Source: a candidate division FCPU426 bacterium (GTDB lineage Bacteria > Oederibacteriota > Muellerivitia > Muellerivitales > Muellerivitaceae). From it: a DNA stretch of 64,000 nucleotides. The translations under genes were made by a program, and so were the position numbers. The stretch lies in the NCBI GenBank assembly GCA_963847625.1, contig CAWKAR010000060.1, forward strand, positions 32,001 through 96,000. Reading direction: 5' to 3'. Shown here one piece after another: positions 48,936 to 59,189 of this stretch. The notes under the pieces are model-generated. The model had not been told where the DNA came from and made no database searches. It saw only the letters and a program-made list of their open reading frames with translations. Each line of letters begins with the position of its first letter. The first letter of the stretch is position 1.

Positions 48936-50567
48936 ATGCTTAAACTCTTGAACCCAACCAAAAACCTTAAAAAAGAATCTACCCACTTGGGCGGCCATTT
49001 CCGACTGGTTACATTCGCCACCTCGGTCAGCCGGGTGACCGGTTTCGTTCGGGACCAACTGAACGCGGCCCTTTTTGGGGCAAGCTGGGTATCGGATGCC
49101 TATTTCATGGCCATTCGTATTCCGAGCCTCCTAAGGGATCTTTTCGCGGAGGGCTCCCTCTCCAACGCTTTTATACCGGCTTTTACTTCCCGTTTGAGCG
49201 ATCGGAAAGACGCATGGAAATTGGCGTCCCAGGTTTTCACCCTTCTCTTGATGGTGACGGGCCTGCTATCGGCTCTCGGAATCCTGTTTGCTCCACAGAT
49301 CGTTTGGGTCATCGCCCATGGATTTATTCCGACCCAAGATAAATTTTCTTTGACCATCGAACTGACCCGGATTCTTTTTCCGGTTTTAGCCTTCGTATCC
49401 CTGGCGGCCCTTTGGATGGGAACGCTCAACTCCTTATACAAATTCACTTGGCCCGCCTTCGCTCCGGTTTTCATGAATCTCGTCCAGATTATTGCGGGCG
49501 TGCTGTTACTGAAGGTTTATAAGGCGGAAACTCCGCTGGAAGAAATCCGGAACGTCCAGCTATGGACTCTTTCTATGACCCTGGGGATGCTTCTTCAATG
49601 GCTGGTTCAGCTACCGGCCGCCCGGAAGGAAGGCTCCCAGTTTCGCCTGGCCTGGCCCCCCAACCATCCGGGAGTAGGAGAGATGCTCAGGCTGATGGGC
49701 CCGGCCGTGGTGAGTTCCTCGGTACTGCAGGTGAACATCCTGGTGAACCAGTTTTTCGCCTCCTTCCTCGTCACCGGTTATGTCAGCTATCTCTACTACG
49801 GCCAGCGTCTGTACCAGCTTCCTTACGGAATCTTCGGGGTTTCCATCGCCACCGTGGTTTTTCCCCTCCTGTCTCGTCTTTCCAGTGACGGAAAAAACGG
49901 GGAATTCGCCGAAACCCTTTCCAAAGCCCTGTCGGCGGGATTGTTCGTGATGGTGCCCTGCACGGTGGGCATCTGGATTACAGCGAAGGCCGCCTGCTTG
50001 CTGGCCTTCCAGTATGGGCGGTTCACGATGGAAGCAAGTCAGGCCGCCGCGGAAGCCACCGCTATTTACTCCCTCGGGTTGGTGGGAAGCACTGGCGTCA
50101 AGATTCTCCTGCCCGCTTTCTACGCCCGGGGAAATTCCAAAATTCCTCTTTTTTCCTCTCTTTGCGCCATGATAACCAATGCGGGTTTGAATTTCGCCGG
50201 TTTCTTGTTCATTGCGGATTCTCATATGCGTTTTTGGGGATTGGCATTGGCCTCAGGCGTGGGAGCTATGGTGAACCTCGTTTGGCTTTTGTCGAGCCTC
50301 GGAAAAATCGGGGTCCAACTCCATTGGGGCTTTTTAACCAAGGAAGCATTCAAAACCATTGTTGCATCAATTGTGATGGGTTTCCTGGTTTGGATTCTTT
50401 TGATCAAAGTACAATCCTTCAATTTGCCCTGGGCACGTCTCTGGAATTTTACAATTCCAGTACTATTCGGAATAGCAATTTACTATTTTCTGACCAAGGC
50501 TATGCGTCACAAAGGTTTAGTTTGGATTTTAGGATCTCGAAGTGAAAATAAAACACAACCTGAATAA
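48936..50567 (+). CDS. murJ: Lipid II flippase MurJ
   Basis: SRVTGFVRD, RIP.LLRDLFAEG.LS.AFIP, RL.QLP.G.FGVSIATV.FP, FYAR; start uncertain. Confidence 0.93.
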   Translation: MLKLLNPTKNLKKESTHLGGHFRLVTFATSVSRVTGFVRDQLNAALFGASWVSDAYFMAIRIPSLLRDLFAEGSLSNAFIPAFTSRLSDRKDAWKLASQVFTLLLMVTGLLSALGILFAPQIVWVIAHGFIPTQDKFSLTIELTRILFPVLAFVSLAALWMGTLNSLYKFTWPAFAPVFMNLVQIIAGVLLLKVYKAETPLEEIRNVQLWTLSMTLGMLLQWLVQLPAARKEGSQFRLAWPPNHPGVGEMLRLMGPAVVSSSVLQVNILVNQFFASFLVTGYVSYLYYGQRLYQLPYGIFGVSIATVVFPLLSRLSSDGKNGEFAETLSKALSAGLFVMVPCTVGIWITAKAACLLAFQYGRFTMEASQAAAEATAIYSLGLVGSTGVKILLPAFYARGNSKIPLFSSLCAMITNAGLNFAGFLFIADSHMRFWGLALASGVGAMVNLVWLLSSLGKIGVQLHWGFLTKEAFKTIVASIVMGFLVWILLIKVQSFNLPWARLWNFTIPVLFGIAIYYFLTKAMRHKGLVWILGSRSENKTQPE

Positions 50568-51129
50568 AAACAACCCCGGCATCCAATGGGGTTGTTTTCA
50601 CACGAGATTCGGCTGGTGCGCCTCAGCTTGGTCCCCAATGGGCTTGGCGGCTTTTGTTCTTCCTAAAAAATCAAGAAAAAGCGCACTCGTCGAGTTGAAA
50701 AAAATCAACCCTCTTGCCAGATTGAAAAAATTGGAAAAGAAACCATCGAAAATATCCCCTACCTTTCAGCGGCAAACTTTGGCGGCTTTGAATGGAAAAC
50801 TCTTTCATCCCATAAACACGGACACGCGGTTGTTGACCCCTTTCCAGAGAAAAATTCTGGAAGCGACGCGTCTGGTCAAAAGAGGTCAAACTCGATCTTA
50901 TGCTTGGGCCGCAAAAAGGGCAGGTTCCCCCAAGGGTTGCAGGGCCGCTGGACAAGCTCTCCATTACAATCCAATCCCTTTATTCATTCCTTGCCATCGG
51001 ATTGTGAGCTCAAACGGGAATCTTGGGGGTTTTGGAAGCGGTATTCAGTGGAAAATTAAACTGTTGAAGAAAGAAGGAGTCCCTATTGAGTCCTCCCGGG
51101 AAGATAGTTACAGGGTCGGAAAGGTCTGA
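50542..51129 (+). CDS. ogt: Methylated-DNA--protein-cysteine methyltransferase
   Basis: TPFQ, G.TRSY, RAAGQA, NPIPLFIPCHRIV, LGGF..G...K..LL. Confidence 0.93.
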   Translation: MKIKHNLNKNNPGIQWGCFHTRFGWCASAWSPMGLAAFVLPKKSRKSALVELKKINPLARLKKLEKKPSKISPTFQRQTLAALNGKLFHPINTDTRLLTPFQRKILEATRLVKRGQTRSYAWAAKRAGSPKGCRAAGQALHYNPIPLFIPCHRIVSSNGNLGGFGSGIQWKIKLLKKEGVPIESSREDSYRVGKV

Positions 51130-51229
51130 TAAAATATTGCAGTTATTTCATAAACGCGAGTATAAACAGCTTAATTGAAACTTCTTTCTAGAACTGACCT
51201 TTTGGACCGCTATCGCTTAAGAGGGACGG

Positions 51230-53038
51230 ATGCTCCAAGGCAATATTGATAAATATAAGCTCCTGGAAATTAAAGGAAGCGGCACCTTCGGCACCGTCTG
51301 GCTTGCGGAAGATACATGGATTGGGAAAAAAGTCGCTATAAAAATCCCCCACAATCAAAAAGAAGAATTCACCACCCTCATCGCCGAACCTAAACTACTC
51401 GCCTCGTTGGATCATCCCAATATCGTCCAAATCTTAACCGTGGATAAAGCGGAAAATATATTTTTCATGGTTATGGAATATGTGGATGGGAAAAACCTGG
51501 CCCAACTTCTCCAAGAAACATCCCTGACTTACAAAGAAGGCGTCGACATTATTATCCAGATTTTATCCGCATTGCAGTATGCCCATGATAAAAACGTCAT
51601 TCATCGAGATCTGAAACCGGGGAACATACTTCTAACGTCAGATCGGAAAGCGAAAATCACGGATTTTGGAACTGCTATGATTCAGGCGGGCAAAAATGGC
51701 GTGGGTAGTATTGGGGGCACCCTCTTTTATATGTCCAAGGAACAAGTATTGGGGCATCCCACACCCGCTTCGGATCTCTACTCGGTAGGGGTAATTCTAT
51801 ATGAGATGGTCACAGGGAAACTCCCATTTTCAGATGAAGTCCCAATGGCGGTTTTAAATAAAATTTTAAAGGATGATCCACCCATACCCCATCAATTGAA
51901 TCCGGCGCTTCCCAGGGAATTGGAAGCGGTCATTTTAAAAGCCATGCAAAAGGAGTTATCAAAACGATATCAGTCCGCCAGTGAAATGAAGAATGATTTG
52001 GAGAAAATTCCAATTTCTTTACTTTCTTCACCCATTTCAGTGGGAAGCAAAAGTCAGGAATTATTGACCCATACCTTGATACAAGAAGCCCAAAAAAAGC
52101 AAATCAAAGAAGCAGGGGATATTAATACACTTAGGTACCAGGGATATCATTACAAGTTGATCCGAACAATCGGAAGCCGCGGTAAAGAAGAAGGAAATTT
52201 CATATCACCCGGTTCCGTCGCAGTCGATGCGCAAAAACGCATTTATGTTTGCGATTCATTAAAATGTAACATCCAGGTTTTTGATTTTGAAGGAAAATTT
52301 CTCTATTCGGTCGGTAAATTTGGAAAAGATACAGGTGATCCACGGGAAGTTTGTTTTCTCATGCCGGTTTCCGTTGTTGTTGACCAGGGAGGAAATCTCG
52401 TTGTCTTGGATTCAAAAACATGCTCGGTTCAGATCATAGGAAAATCCGGGGAATTAATCGCAAAATTCGGTGAACCCGCCTCTCCAACGACAGGAAAAAT
52501 AGAAATCGGGGCAGGCGGATTCTTCCATCCCCAAGCCCTGGCTTTAGATGATAAGGACAATATTTATGTTTCAGATACGGGGAATCATCGGATTCGCGTT
52601 TTTAACCCGGCTGGAAAAGTTTTAAATAAATTCGGGATTCAGGGAGCCAGATTGGGCGAATTTAACAGTCCTGCTGGAATTACGTTGGACAATGCCTCGA
52701 ATCTTTTAGTGGTGGATGAAAAAAATTACCGGGTTCAAATTTTCACTTATCGTGGCGTTTTTAAGAATAAATTCGGAAAAAGAGGAAGCGGTCGGGGAGA
52801 ATTTTCCTCTCCAATAGGTGTTGCAACAGATTCAAAAAGAAACATTTTTATTTCAGACAGGGACTTGAGGATACAAATATTTGATCCCGAGGGATATTAT
52901 TTAACGGAATTCGGCACGCCCCAAGGCAATTATAAAATTGCTCCAAAATACTATGGCCTTGTCATTGATTCTGAGAATAACCTTTATGTAACTGATGTCG
53001 CCAATTGCAGCGTTTTGATCTACGCCTTAAAGAAATGA
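51230..53038 (+). CDS. Hanks-type Ser/Thr kinase with C-terminal NHL beta-propeller
   Basis: GSGTFG.V, VAIK, HRDLKPGN, DFG, SDLYSVG; about 6 NHL repeats (F..P.G.A.D...IYV.D..N.RIQ.F). Confidence 0.93.
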   Translation: MLQGNIDKYKLLEIKGSGTFGTVWLAEDTWIGKKVAIKIPHNQKEEFTTLIAEPKLLASLDHPNIVQILTVDKAENIFFMVMEYVDGKNLAQLLQETSLTYKEGVDIIIQILSALQYAHDKNVIHRDLKPGNILLTSDRKAKITDFGTAMIQAGKNGVGSIGGTLFYMSKEQVLGHPTPASDLYSVGVILYEMVTGKLPFSDEVPMAVLNKILKDDPPIPHQLNPALPRELEAVILKAMQKELSKRYQSASEMKNDLEKIPISLLSSPISVGSKSQELLTHTLIQEAQKKQIKEAGDINTLRYQGYHYKLIRTIGSRGKEEGNFISPGSVAVDAQKRIYVCDSLKCNIQVFDFEGKFLYSVGKFGKDTGDPREVCFLMPVSVVVDQGGNLVVLDSKTCSVQIIGKSGELIAKFGEPASPTTGKIEIGAGGFFHPQALALDDKDNIYVSDTGNHRIRVFNPAGKVLNKFGIQGARLGEFNSPAGITLDNASNLLVVDEKNYRVQIFTYRGVFKNKFGKRGSGRGEFSSPIGVATDSKRNIFISDRDLRIQIFDPEGYYLTEFGTPQGNYKIAPKYYGLVIDSENNLYVTDVANCSVLIYALKK

Positions 53039-53045
53039 GTTATTC

Positions 53046-54626
53046 ATGAGCCCCAATCCCACTTCCGCCGAATCGGAAACACCAGGCCGCATCATCCTGA
53101 CGCCTGGTAAATTAACCGGTAAACCCCAAATCACGATTACAGTTCTTGCCGGGCCAGAACAAGGGCAGGTATTCAAGATTTCAAGACCCACAACCACCAT
53201 AGGACGATCGAATACTTGTGAGATCGTCGTAACTGATCCTTTGGTTTCACGGCAACATTGCCAGATCCTTTTGGGAATGGGGGGCATAAATCTTCGGGAT
53301 TTAGGCAGCACCAATGGGACTTTTCTGAACGGATCCCGTTTAACTGAAAATCCAATAAGAAACCAGGATGTCATTTCTATAGGTTCAACGCGTTTACGTT
53401 TTGCGGTAGAAGTCACCAAAGAAGCTCTGGACTCGCGAAACTATAAAATTGATGAACTTGCACATAAAAAACTTCTAACACTTTATGAGGTCGGCAATAT
53501 TGTCAACTCCGTTCTTGAGTTAAAAACACTTCTTTCAATTATTATGGCAATGGCTATTAAAGTTATGCAAGCAAACCGAGGTTTTCTTCTCATTCGAGAA
53601 AAAAATGGGGAACTAAAGCCGGTTGCCACACATGCTCTGACTACTTCCGAAGCACAAGCACCTTATAGTCAAACCATTGTGGATACCGTTTTGAAAGAAA
53701 GAGTCCCTGTCTTGGTTTTAGACGCTACACAGGACGTTCGTTTTTCAAACCGAGAAAGCCTGCGCGCTCTTCCTCTGTCTTCTGTTATTTGTGTGCCCAT
53801 TTGGGAAAGGGATAATATCGTTGGAGTCATTTACGTGGATAAAGCTGAAGGGACAAACACTTTTAACGAAGAAGACATGTATTTTCTTTCTGCATTTGCC
53901 AACCAAGCAGCGGTAGCGATTACAAACGCCAAGCTTTTTGATGATGTAAGGCGGGAGGAACGATTAAGAACTTCACTTCAACGTTATCTTTCTCCAAATC
54001 TTGTTGATGAAATGGTTCAAAAGAGCGGAGTCACTTTTTCTCTTGGTGGTGAGAAACGAAAAGTTTCTATTTTATTCTGCGATATTCGAGGATTCACCTC
54101 ACTCACGGAGAGGGAACCGGTGGAAGTGGTCGTAACTCTCTTAAATGAATATTTTAGTGCCATGTCCGACGTCATTTTCGCCAATCACGGCACCTTGGAT
54201 AAGTTCATAGGAGATGCCATTATGGCCATCTACGGTGCACCGCTAGATTTGCCGGATAATGCATTTCAATGCGTGAAAACCGCGATTGAAATGAGGGAAA
54301 AATTAGTCTTTCTAAATGAAAAATGGAAATCCGGAAACAGGCCTCAAATTCAGGTCGGTTTCGGCATTAACACGGGCGAGGCCATCGTGGGGAATATCGG
54401 AAGCGAACGTCGTATGGAATACACTGCCATTGGCGATATGGTGAACGTGGCTTCACGAATCGAAGGTGAAACCGGTAGCAATCAGATTTTCATTACCGAA
54501 TCCACTTTCGCGGAATTGGGTAACCGTGTGAACGTCAAAAAGCTCTCCCCGGTGAAGCTAAAAGGAAAAAGCTCTAAAGTCCAAATTTTCGAGGTCCTGG
54601 CCTTGAATAAAACTCCATTGCCCTAA
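53046..54626 (+). CDS. FHA-GAF-class III adenylate cyclase
   Basis: FHA IGRS..VSRQH..DLGSTNGT; GAF SVICVPI..GVIYVD; cyclase LFCDIRGFT, DKFIGDAIMA, YTAIGD.VN.ASR. Confidence 0.93.
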   Translation: MSPNPTSAESETPGRIILTPGKLTGKPQITITVLAGPEQGQVFKISRPTTTIGRSNTCEIVVTDPLVSRQHCQILLGMGGINLRDLGSTNGTFLNGSRLTENPIRNQDVISIGSTRLRFAVEVTKEALDSRNYKIDELAHKKLLTLYEVGNIVNSVLELKTLLSIIMAMAIKVMQANRGFLLIREKNGELKPVATHALTTSEAQAPYSQTIVDTVLKERVPVLVLDATQDVRFSNRESLRALPLSSVICVPIWERDNIVGVIYVDKAEGTNTFNEEDMYFLSAFANQAAVAITNAKLFDDVRREERLRTSLQRYLSPNLVDEMVQKSGVTFSLGGEKRKVSILFCDIRGFTSLTEREPVEVVVTLLNEYFSAMSDVIFANHGTLDKFIGDAIMAIYGAPLDLPDNAFQCVKTAIEMREKLVFLNEKWKSGNRPQIQVGFGINTGEAIVGNIGSERRMEYTAIGDMVNVASRIEGETGSNQIFITESTFAELGNRVNVKKLSPVKLKGKSSKVQIFEVLALNKTPLP

Positions 54627-54728
54627 TCGGATATTTTTTCCAATCCCGGAAACATCCCCGATAAAAATATTTTAAAAATTTATTCCAAGACATGCTTTTT
54701 CTTTTCCTGCCGCTTGATAGAATGGACT

Positions 54729-56549
54729 ATGGGTAAAATCAAAAAACTCCCGGAAAACATCATTAATCAAATCGCCGCGGGTGAAGTCATTGAAAGGCCC
54801 GCATCCGTTGTCAAGGAATTCCTGGAAAACGCGTTGGACGCGGGCGCTAAAAACCTTGAAATAACCGTCCAAGAAGGGGGTCTTAAGCTCATCAAGGTTT
54901 CGGATGACGGGCAGGGCCTTTCTTCCGAAGACGCCCTTCTTTCGATTCAAAAACACGCCACCAGCAAAATATTTTCCTTGGAAGATTTATCGAACATCCA
55001 ATCTTTTGGTTTCCGGGGGGAAGCCTTAGCCAGTATTGCTTCTGTTTGCCATTTTGAAATGACCTCCAGGGAAACCGGAACCCTTTCCGGATTCAGCGTC
55101 AAGGTCAAGGGGGGAGGTAAAATTCAAACCCAAGAAATGGGAAGGCCCGAGGGAACTACCGTTATCGCCGCCAACTTGTTTTTCAATACCCCCGCCCGGC
55201 TCAAATTCATGAAAAAAAAGGCGACAGAGGAAAATCACATTATTTCCGTGGTTTCAAATTACGCCTTGTCTTATCCCGGAAAAACCTTCAAGTTGGTCAT
55301 GGGGGGAAAGACCGTACTATCAACCACTCCGGTTGATTTAAAGGACAGGATCGGACAGGTCTTGGGAAAAGATATTGCCCGCTCCCTGGTCCCGGTCGGC
55401 TTTAAATCGGGAAACATCCAAATCCATGGGGCTGTGAGCCTTCCCACCATTACAAAACCCACCCGGGAAGGCATGCTTTTTTTCGTAAATCATCGTTGGA
55501 TTTCCAACCCCTCCATCGGCCATGCTGTCATGACTGCCTATCACACTTTATTGCCGACCAAGCGTTTTCCCATTGCGGTTTTATTTTTGGAGATTCCTCC
55601 GGATCAGGTGGACGTGAACGTTCATCCCACGAAAAAAGAGGTCAAGTTCGCCAGGGACCGCGAGGTTTATGACGCGGTTGTGGCCGGCGTCAGGGGAGGG
55701 ATTCTTTCATCTTCAAATCCAAAAACGGGCTTCGCAACAATTGATATCCAAAAACCGATTCATTATTTTTCAGTTGATCAAGGTCCGGCTGCGGTTCTGG
55801 AAAAAAGCTTGTTGTTCAAAAATGAAAACAGGGCCGAGCAAAATAACTCTCAGCATGGATTTTTGCCGGCTCCTCTATTGGGAGACAGCCCCGAAAAGAC
55901 ATCAACAACCCCGTTTTTCACTAAAGGGGAACAAACTCCGCGGCGGATTGATCCTGGCATCCAGCTTTACAACTTCACGCAACTCTTTAACACCTTTATC
56001 ATTTTTCAGTCTGATACGGAAATGTTCATCGCGGACCAACACACGGTTCATGAACGGATAAATTATGAACGTTTAATGAATAGTTTGGCCCAAAAAAGGT
56101 CGGAAATACAAACCCTCTTAGTGCCATTAACCCTTGAATTTAATCCCAAAGAGGCGGCCGCCTTAAAAAACAACCTTGAAATCCTGGCAGAACTCGGCTT
56201 GGAAATAACTCCGTTTGGCGGGAATACTTTTTTATTCTCCAGCGTCCCATCCGATTTGAAGGATAAAAACCTAATCCCCCTGTTGAAAGATTTGGCAGAC
56301 GAATTAACTTCCCAAGAAAACACCAATATTAATAATACTAATCGGCTGGCCCAGGTCCGCGAAAAAATAGCGACTTTTCTTTCGTGCCGAAGCGCAGTCA
56401 TGGCGGGGGACCGGCTCAACGACCTTCAAATGAAATCACTGATTGATCAAATGAGAAAAGCAAACCTTCCTTTTACATGTCCACATGGCCGTCCAACGAT
56501 TATTTCCATACCATTGTCAGACCTTTACCGCAAGTTCGACCGGCATTAA
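54729..56549 (+). CDS. mutL: DNA mismatch repair protein MutL
   Basis: IAAGEVIERPASVVKE, GFRGEAL, DVNVHP.K, endonuclease motif DQHTVHERINYE, CPHGRP. Confidence 0.97.
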   Translation: MGKIKKLPENIINQIAAGEVIERPASVVKEFLENALDAGAKNLEITVQEGGLKLIKVSDDGQGLSSEDALLSIQKHATSKIFSLEDLSNIQSFGFRGEALASIASVCHFEMTSRETGTLSGFSVKVKGGGKIQTQEMGRPEGTTVIAANLFFNTPARLKFMKKKATEENHIISVVSNYALSYPGKTFKLVMGGKTVLSTTPVDLKDRIGQVLGKDIARSLVPVGFKSGNIQIHGAVSLPTITKPTREGMLFFVNHRWISNPSIGHAVMTAYHTLLPTKRFPIAVLFLEIPPDQVDVNVHPTKKEVKFARDREVYDAVVAGVRGGILSSSNPKTGFATIDIQKPIHYFSVDQGPAAVLEKSLLFKNENRAEQNNSQHGFLPAPLLGDSPEKTSTTPFFTKGEQTPRRIDPGIQLYNFTQLFNTFIIFQSDTEMFIADQHTVHERINYERLMNSLAQKRSEIQTLLVPLTLEFNPKEAAALKNNLEILAELGLEITPFGGNTFLFSSVPSDLKDKNLIPLLKDLADELTSQENTNINNTNRLAQVREKIATFLSCRSAVMAGDRLNDLQMKSLIDQMRKANLPFTCPHGRPTIISIPLSDLYRKFDRH

Positions 56550-56580
56550 ATTTACGCAAAATGGTTGAAAGATTATTATT

Positions 56581-57543
56581 GTGAAAAATCCAAACAGACT
56601 CGATTTTTCGAACATAAAAATTCCAATTTTGGTTGGGCCCACTGGAGTCGGGAAATCTGAAATTGCGTTTGCCTTATCTAAAAAGTTGGACCTCGAAATT
56701 CTTTCCGCTGATGCTTACCAGATTTACAAAGGACTGCCGATCGGAACCGCCCAACCTCCCCTCGCCTGGCAAAAACAGACCCCCCATTATTTAGTGGGGG
56801 TTCGAAAACCGGGACTTTCCTGGAGCGCGGCGGAGTTTGCCATAAAGGCCAAAAAAATAATAGAAAATCGCATCCAATCGGGAAAAAGAATATTAATCGT
56901 CGGGGGGGCCGGATTTTACATCAGGGCGTTGGTGGAGGGATTGCCAAACGGTTCTAAAGTGAACCCTAAAATTCGGACCGGGGTGGCTGAAAAATTGAAA
57001 ATAATGAACCATGAAGAGGCGCATAAATGGTTGAGCCAAATAGATCCCGCGGCGAGCAAACGGATTCATGTAAATGATTCAAGAAGAATAAGCAGGGCAT
57101 TGGAAAAAGCATTGGATCCCTCATGCCCGGATGATTTCGAGCCAATAAAAAAAGATCATGTTGATTTTTATGGTTTGGACCTATCAAGCGAAAACTTGGA
57201 TATCATCCTGAAAAATAGAATAGAAGCCATGTGGGTGAACGGCCTTTTAGCCGAATTGGAAAATTTAACGCGTTCGGGAATTTCCCCTCAACATCCCATT
57301 TGGTCTGCCATCGGTTATTTTGAAGCCTTAGCTTTTTTACGCGGTGAAATACCTGAAAAAGTCGCAAAGGAATTGATATTCCGAAGAACACGGCAATACG
57401 CCAAGCGCCAGAGAACGTGGTTTAAACGTCAACATCAAGTTGAATGGATAAATTTAGATCATATCGGTAAAGAAACAGCGGTGGAAATATTGGCAAAAAA
57501 AATTAATGCAAATTGGAGAAATAATGCGAACCATTCGGATTAG
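56581..57543 (+). CDS. miaA: tRNA dimethylallyltransferase
   Basis: GPTGVGKS, SAD..QIY, VGG.G.Y, RALE, TRQYAKRQ.TWF. Confidence 0.95.
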   Translation: MKNPNRLDFSNIKIPILVGPTGVGKSEIAFALSKKLDLEILSADAYQIYKGLPIGTAQPPLAWQKQTPHYLVGVRKPGLSWSAAEFAIKAKKIIENRIQSGKRILIVGGAGFYIRALVEGLPNGSKVNPKIRTGVAEKLKIMNHEEAHKWLSQIDPAASKRIHVNDSRRISRALEKALDPSCPDDFEPIKKDHVDFYGLDLSSENLDIILKNRIEAMWVNGLLAELENLTRSGISPQHPIWSAIGYFEALAFLRGEIPEKVAKELIFRRTRQYAKRQRTWFKRQHQVEWINLDHIGKETAVEILAKKINANWRNNANHSD

Positions 57544-57967
57544 GGTGGCGGGTATTTTGATTCATGACGGTAAAATTCTTCTAGTCAAACATGAAAAAAA
57601 CAACGAAACATACTGGCTTTTGCCCGGCGGCGGAATTGAATATGGAGAATCCGTTGAAAACGCGCTTATACGGGAATTCCAGGAGGAGGTTGGCATCGAT
57701 ATAAAAGTCGGGAAACTGGTTTTGGTCCATGATTCGATTCCGCCGAAATTGTTTAGGCATGTTTTAAATTTGTATTTTCTTGTTACTGCCAATAGTTTTG
57801 AAATAAAAGTGACCCGAGATTCAGTCCTTGTAGATGCCGCCTTCGTCTCCTTGGAAGAATTTCCAGGCGTGCCAGTTAAACCCGATGTGAAAAAAGAAGT
57901 CCTAAATGGTTATCGGGAAAAATGGTTAAAAGAGAGTTTATACCTCGGTAACCTTTGGAATGATTAA
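57524..57967 (+). CDS. NUDIX hydrolase
   Basis: Nudix box PGGGIEYGESVENALIREFQEEVG. Confidence 0.92.
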   Translation: MRTIRIRVAGILIHDGKILLVKHEKNNETYWLLPGGGIEYGESVENALIREFQEEVGIDIKVGKLVLVHDSIPPKLFRHVLNLYFLVTANSFEIKVTRDSVLVDAAFVSLEEFPGVPVKPDVKKEVLNGYREKWLKESLYLGNLWND

Positions 57968-58178
57968 AAGGGAATTTTTCAATCAAATTTAATGCCATTA
58001 TTCGTTAATAGGGTTTTTTATGTATTTTTATACGCAAAAGGATATACGGGCAAAAAAGGTCAAAAAAACAAACACTAGTTTTGCCAAGGTTAAACTGGGT
58101 TGGATATCGTGTCTGAAGTCCAGTAATTATCTTCTGATTATTGCATCGTTTTTCTTAGTCTGTTACCATAATTGACTC

Positions 58179-59150
58179 ATGAACCCAGACCCATCCCAAC
58201 CGACAAAAAAAAGTTCGAAATTTTATATCCTTTTAATATCACTTTTTTCATTATTCGTTTTAAGTTTGATTTTTGTCGTTTATACGGTTCAAAAAGTAAT
58301 CGGTCATAATTCCACTTCTTTACTTTCTTTAAACTCGAATGAAATCTCTTTAATTGAGATCCAGGGGCCTATTTATGAGAGCGATGATATTGTCCGAAGG
58401 ATTAAACGCTTTAAAAACAGCTCGAAAAAGGCGCTGATCTTAAGGATCAACAGTCCGGGGGGCGCAGTTGCCCCTTCGCAGGAAATTTATACTGAAATAT
58501 TAAGCGCGAGAAACAACAAAAAAATTATCGTGGCAAGTTTGGGAAGTTTGGCTGCTTCGGGGGCCTATTATATTGCGGCCGCATGTGACAAGATCGTTGC
58601 CGATCCTGGAACCGTGACTGGTTCCATTGGAGTCATTGCTGAATTTCCGGATGCATCCAAACTTTTAGGTAAAATTGGGGTGAATTTTCAAATTGTAAAG
58701 AGCGGAAAATTTAAGGATACCGGCACTTTTGATCGCCCAATGACTCCCGCGGAAAAACGCTACCTTCAAGAAACAATTAACGATGTTTTTCAACAATTTG
58801 TAGATTCTGTTATAAAATGTCGAAAGGAAGTTTTTCAGGAAAAGTTATCAAAGTTTCTTGGGAAAAAAACCTCGAAAATAACTGAAAAAGAAATCCACAA
58901 CCATATTCTTCATTATGCAGATGGAAGGGTCTTAACAGGGAAAAATGCCTGTGAATTGGGTTTTGTCGATAAACTAGGAAATTATTATGATGCCGTGCGT
59001 TTAGCCGCAGATTTAGCGGGAATAAAAGGGGAACCAACAGTCCGTCGAGACGAATCATTGAAATTGGATCAAATTTTCAACAGTATATTGCCCTTTAGAT
59101 GGTTAAGCGATATGGGAAGTTCATTTCATCTTGATTATCGTGCCTTTTAG
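58179..59150 (+). CDS. sppA: Signal peptide peptidase SppA (S49, 36K type)
   Basis: LRINSPGG, AASGAYY, TGSIGV, KSGKFKD, GFVDKLG. Confidence 0.93.
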   Translation: MNPDPSQPTKKSSKFYILLISLFSLFVLSLIFVVYTVQKVIGHNSTSLLSLNSNEISLIEIQGPIYESDDIVRRIKRFKNSSKKALILRINSPGGAVAPSQEIYTEILSARNNKKIIVASLGSLAASGAYYIAAACDKIVADPGTVTGSIGVIAEFPDASKLLGKIGVNFQIVKSGKFKDTGTFDRPMTPAEKRYLQETINDVFQQFVDSVIKCRKEVFQEKLSKFLGKKTSKITEKEIHNHILHYADGRVLTGKNACELGFVDKLGNYYDAVRLAADLAGIKGEPTVRRDESLKLDQIFNSILPFRWLSDMGSSFHLDYRAF

Positions 59151-59189
59151 TTGCCGTTCTATTATATTTTTATCTTCTAGGAGGAACAT

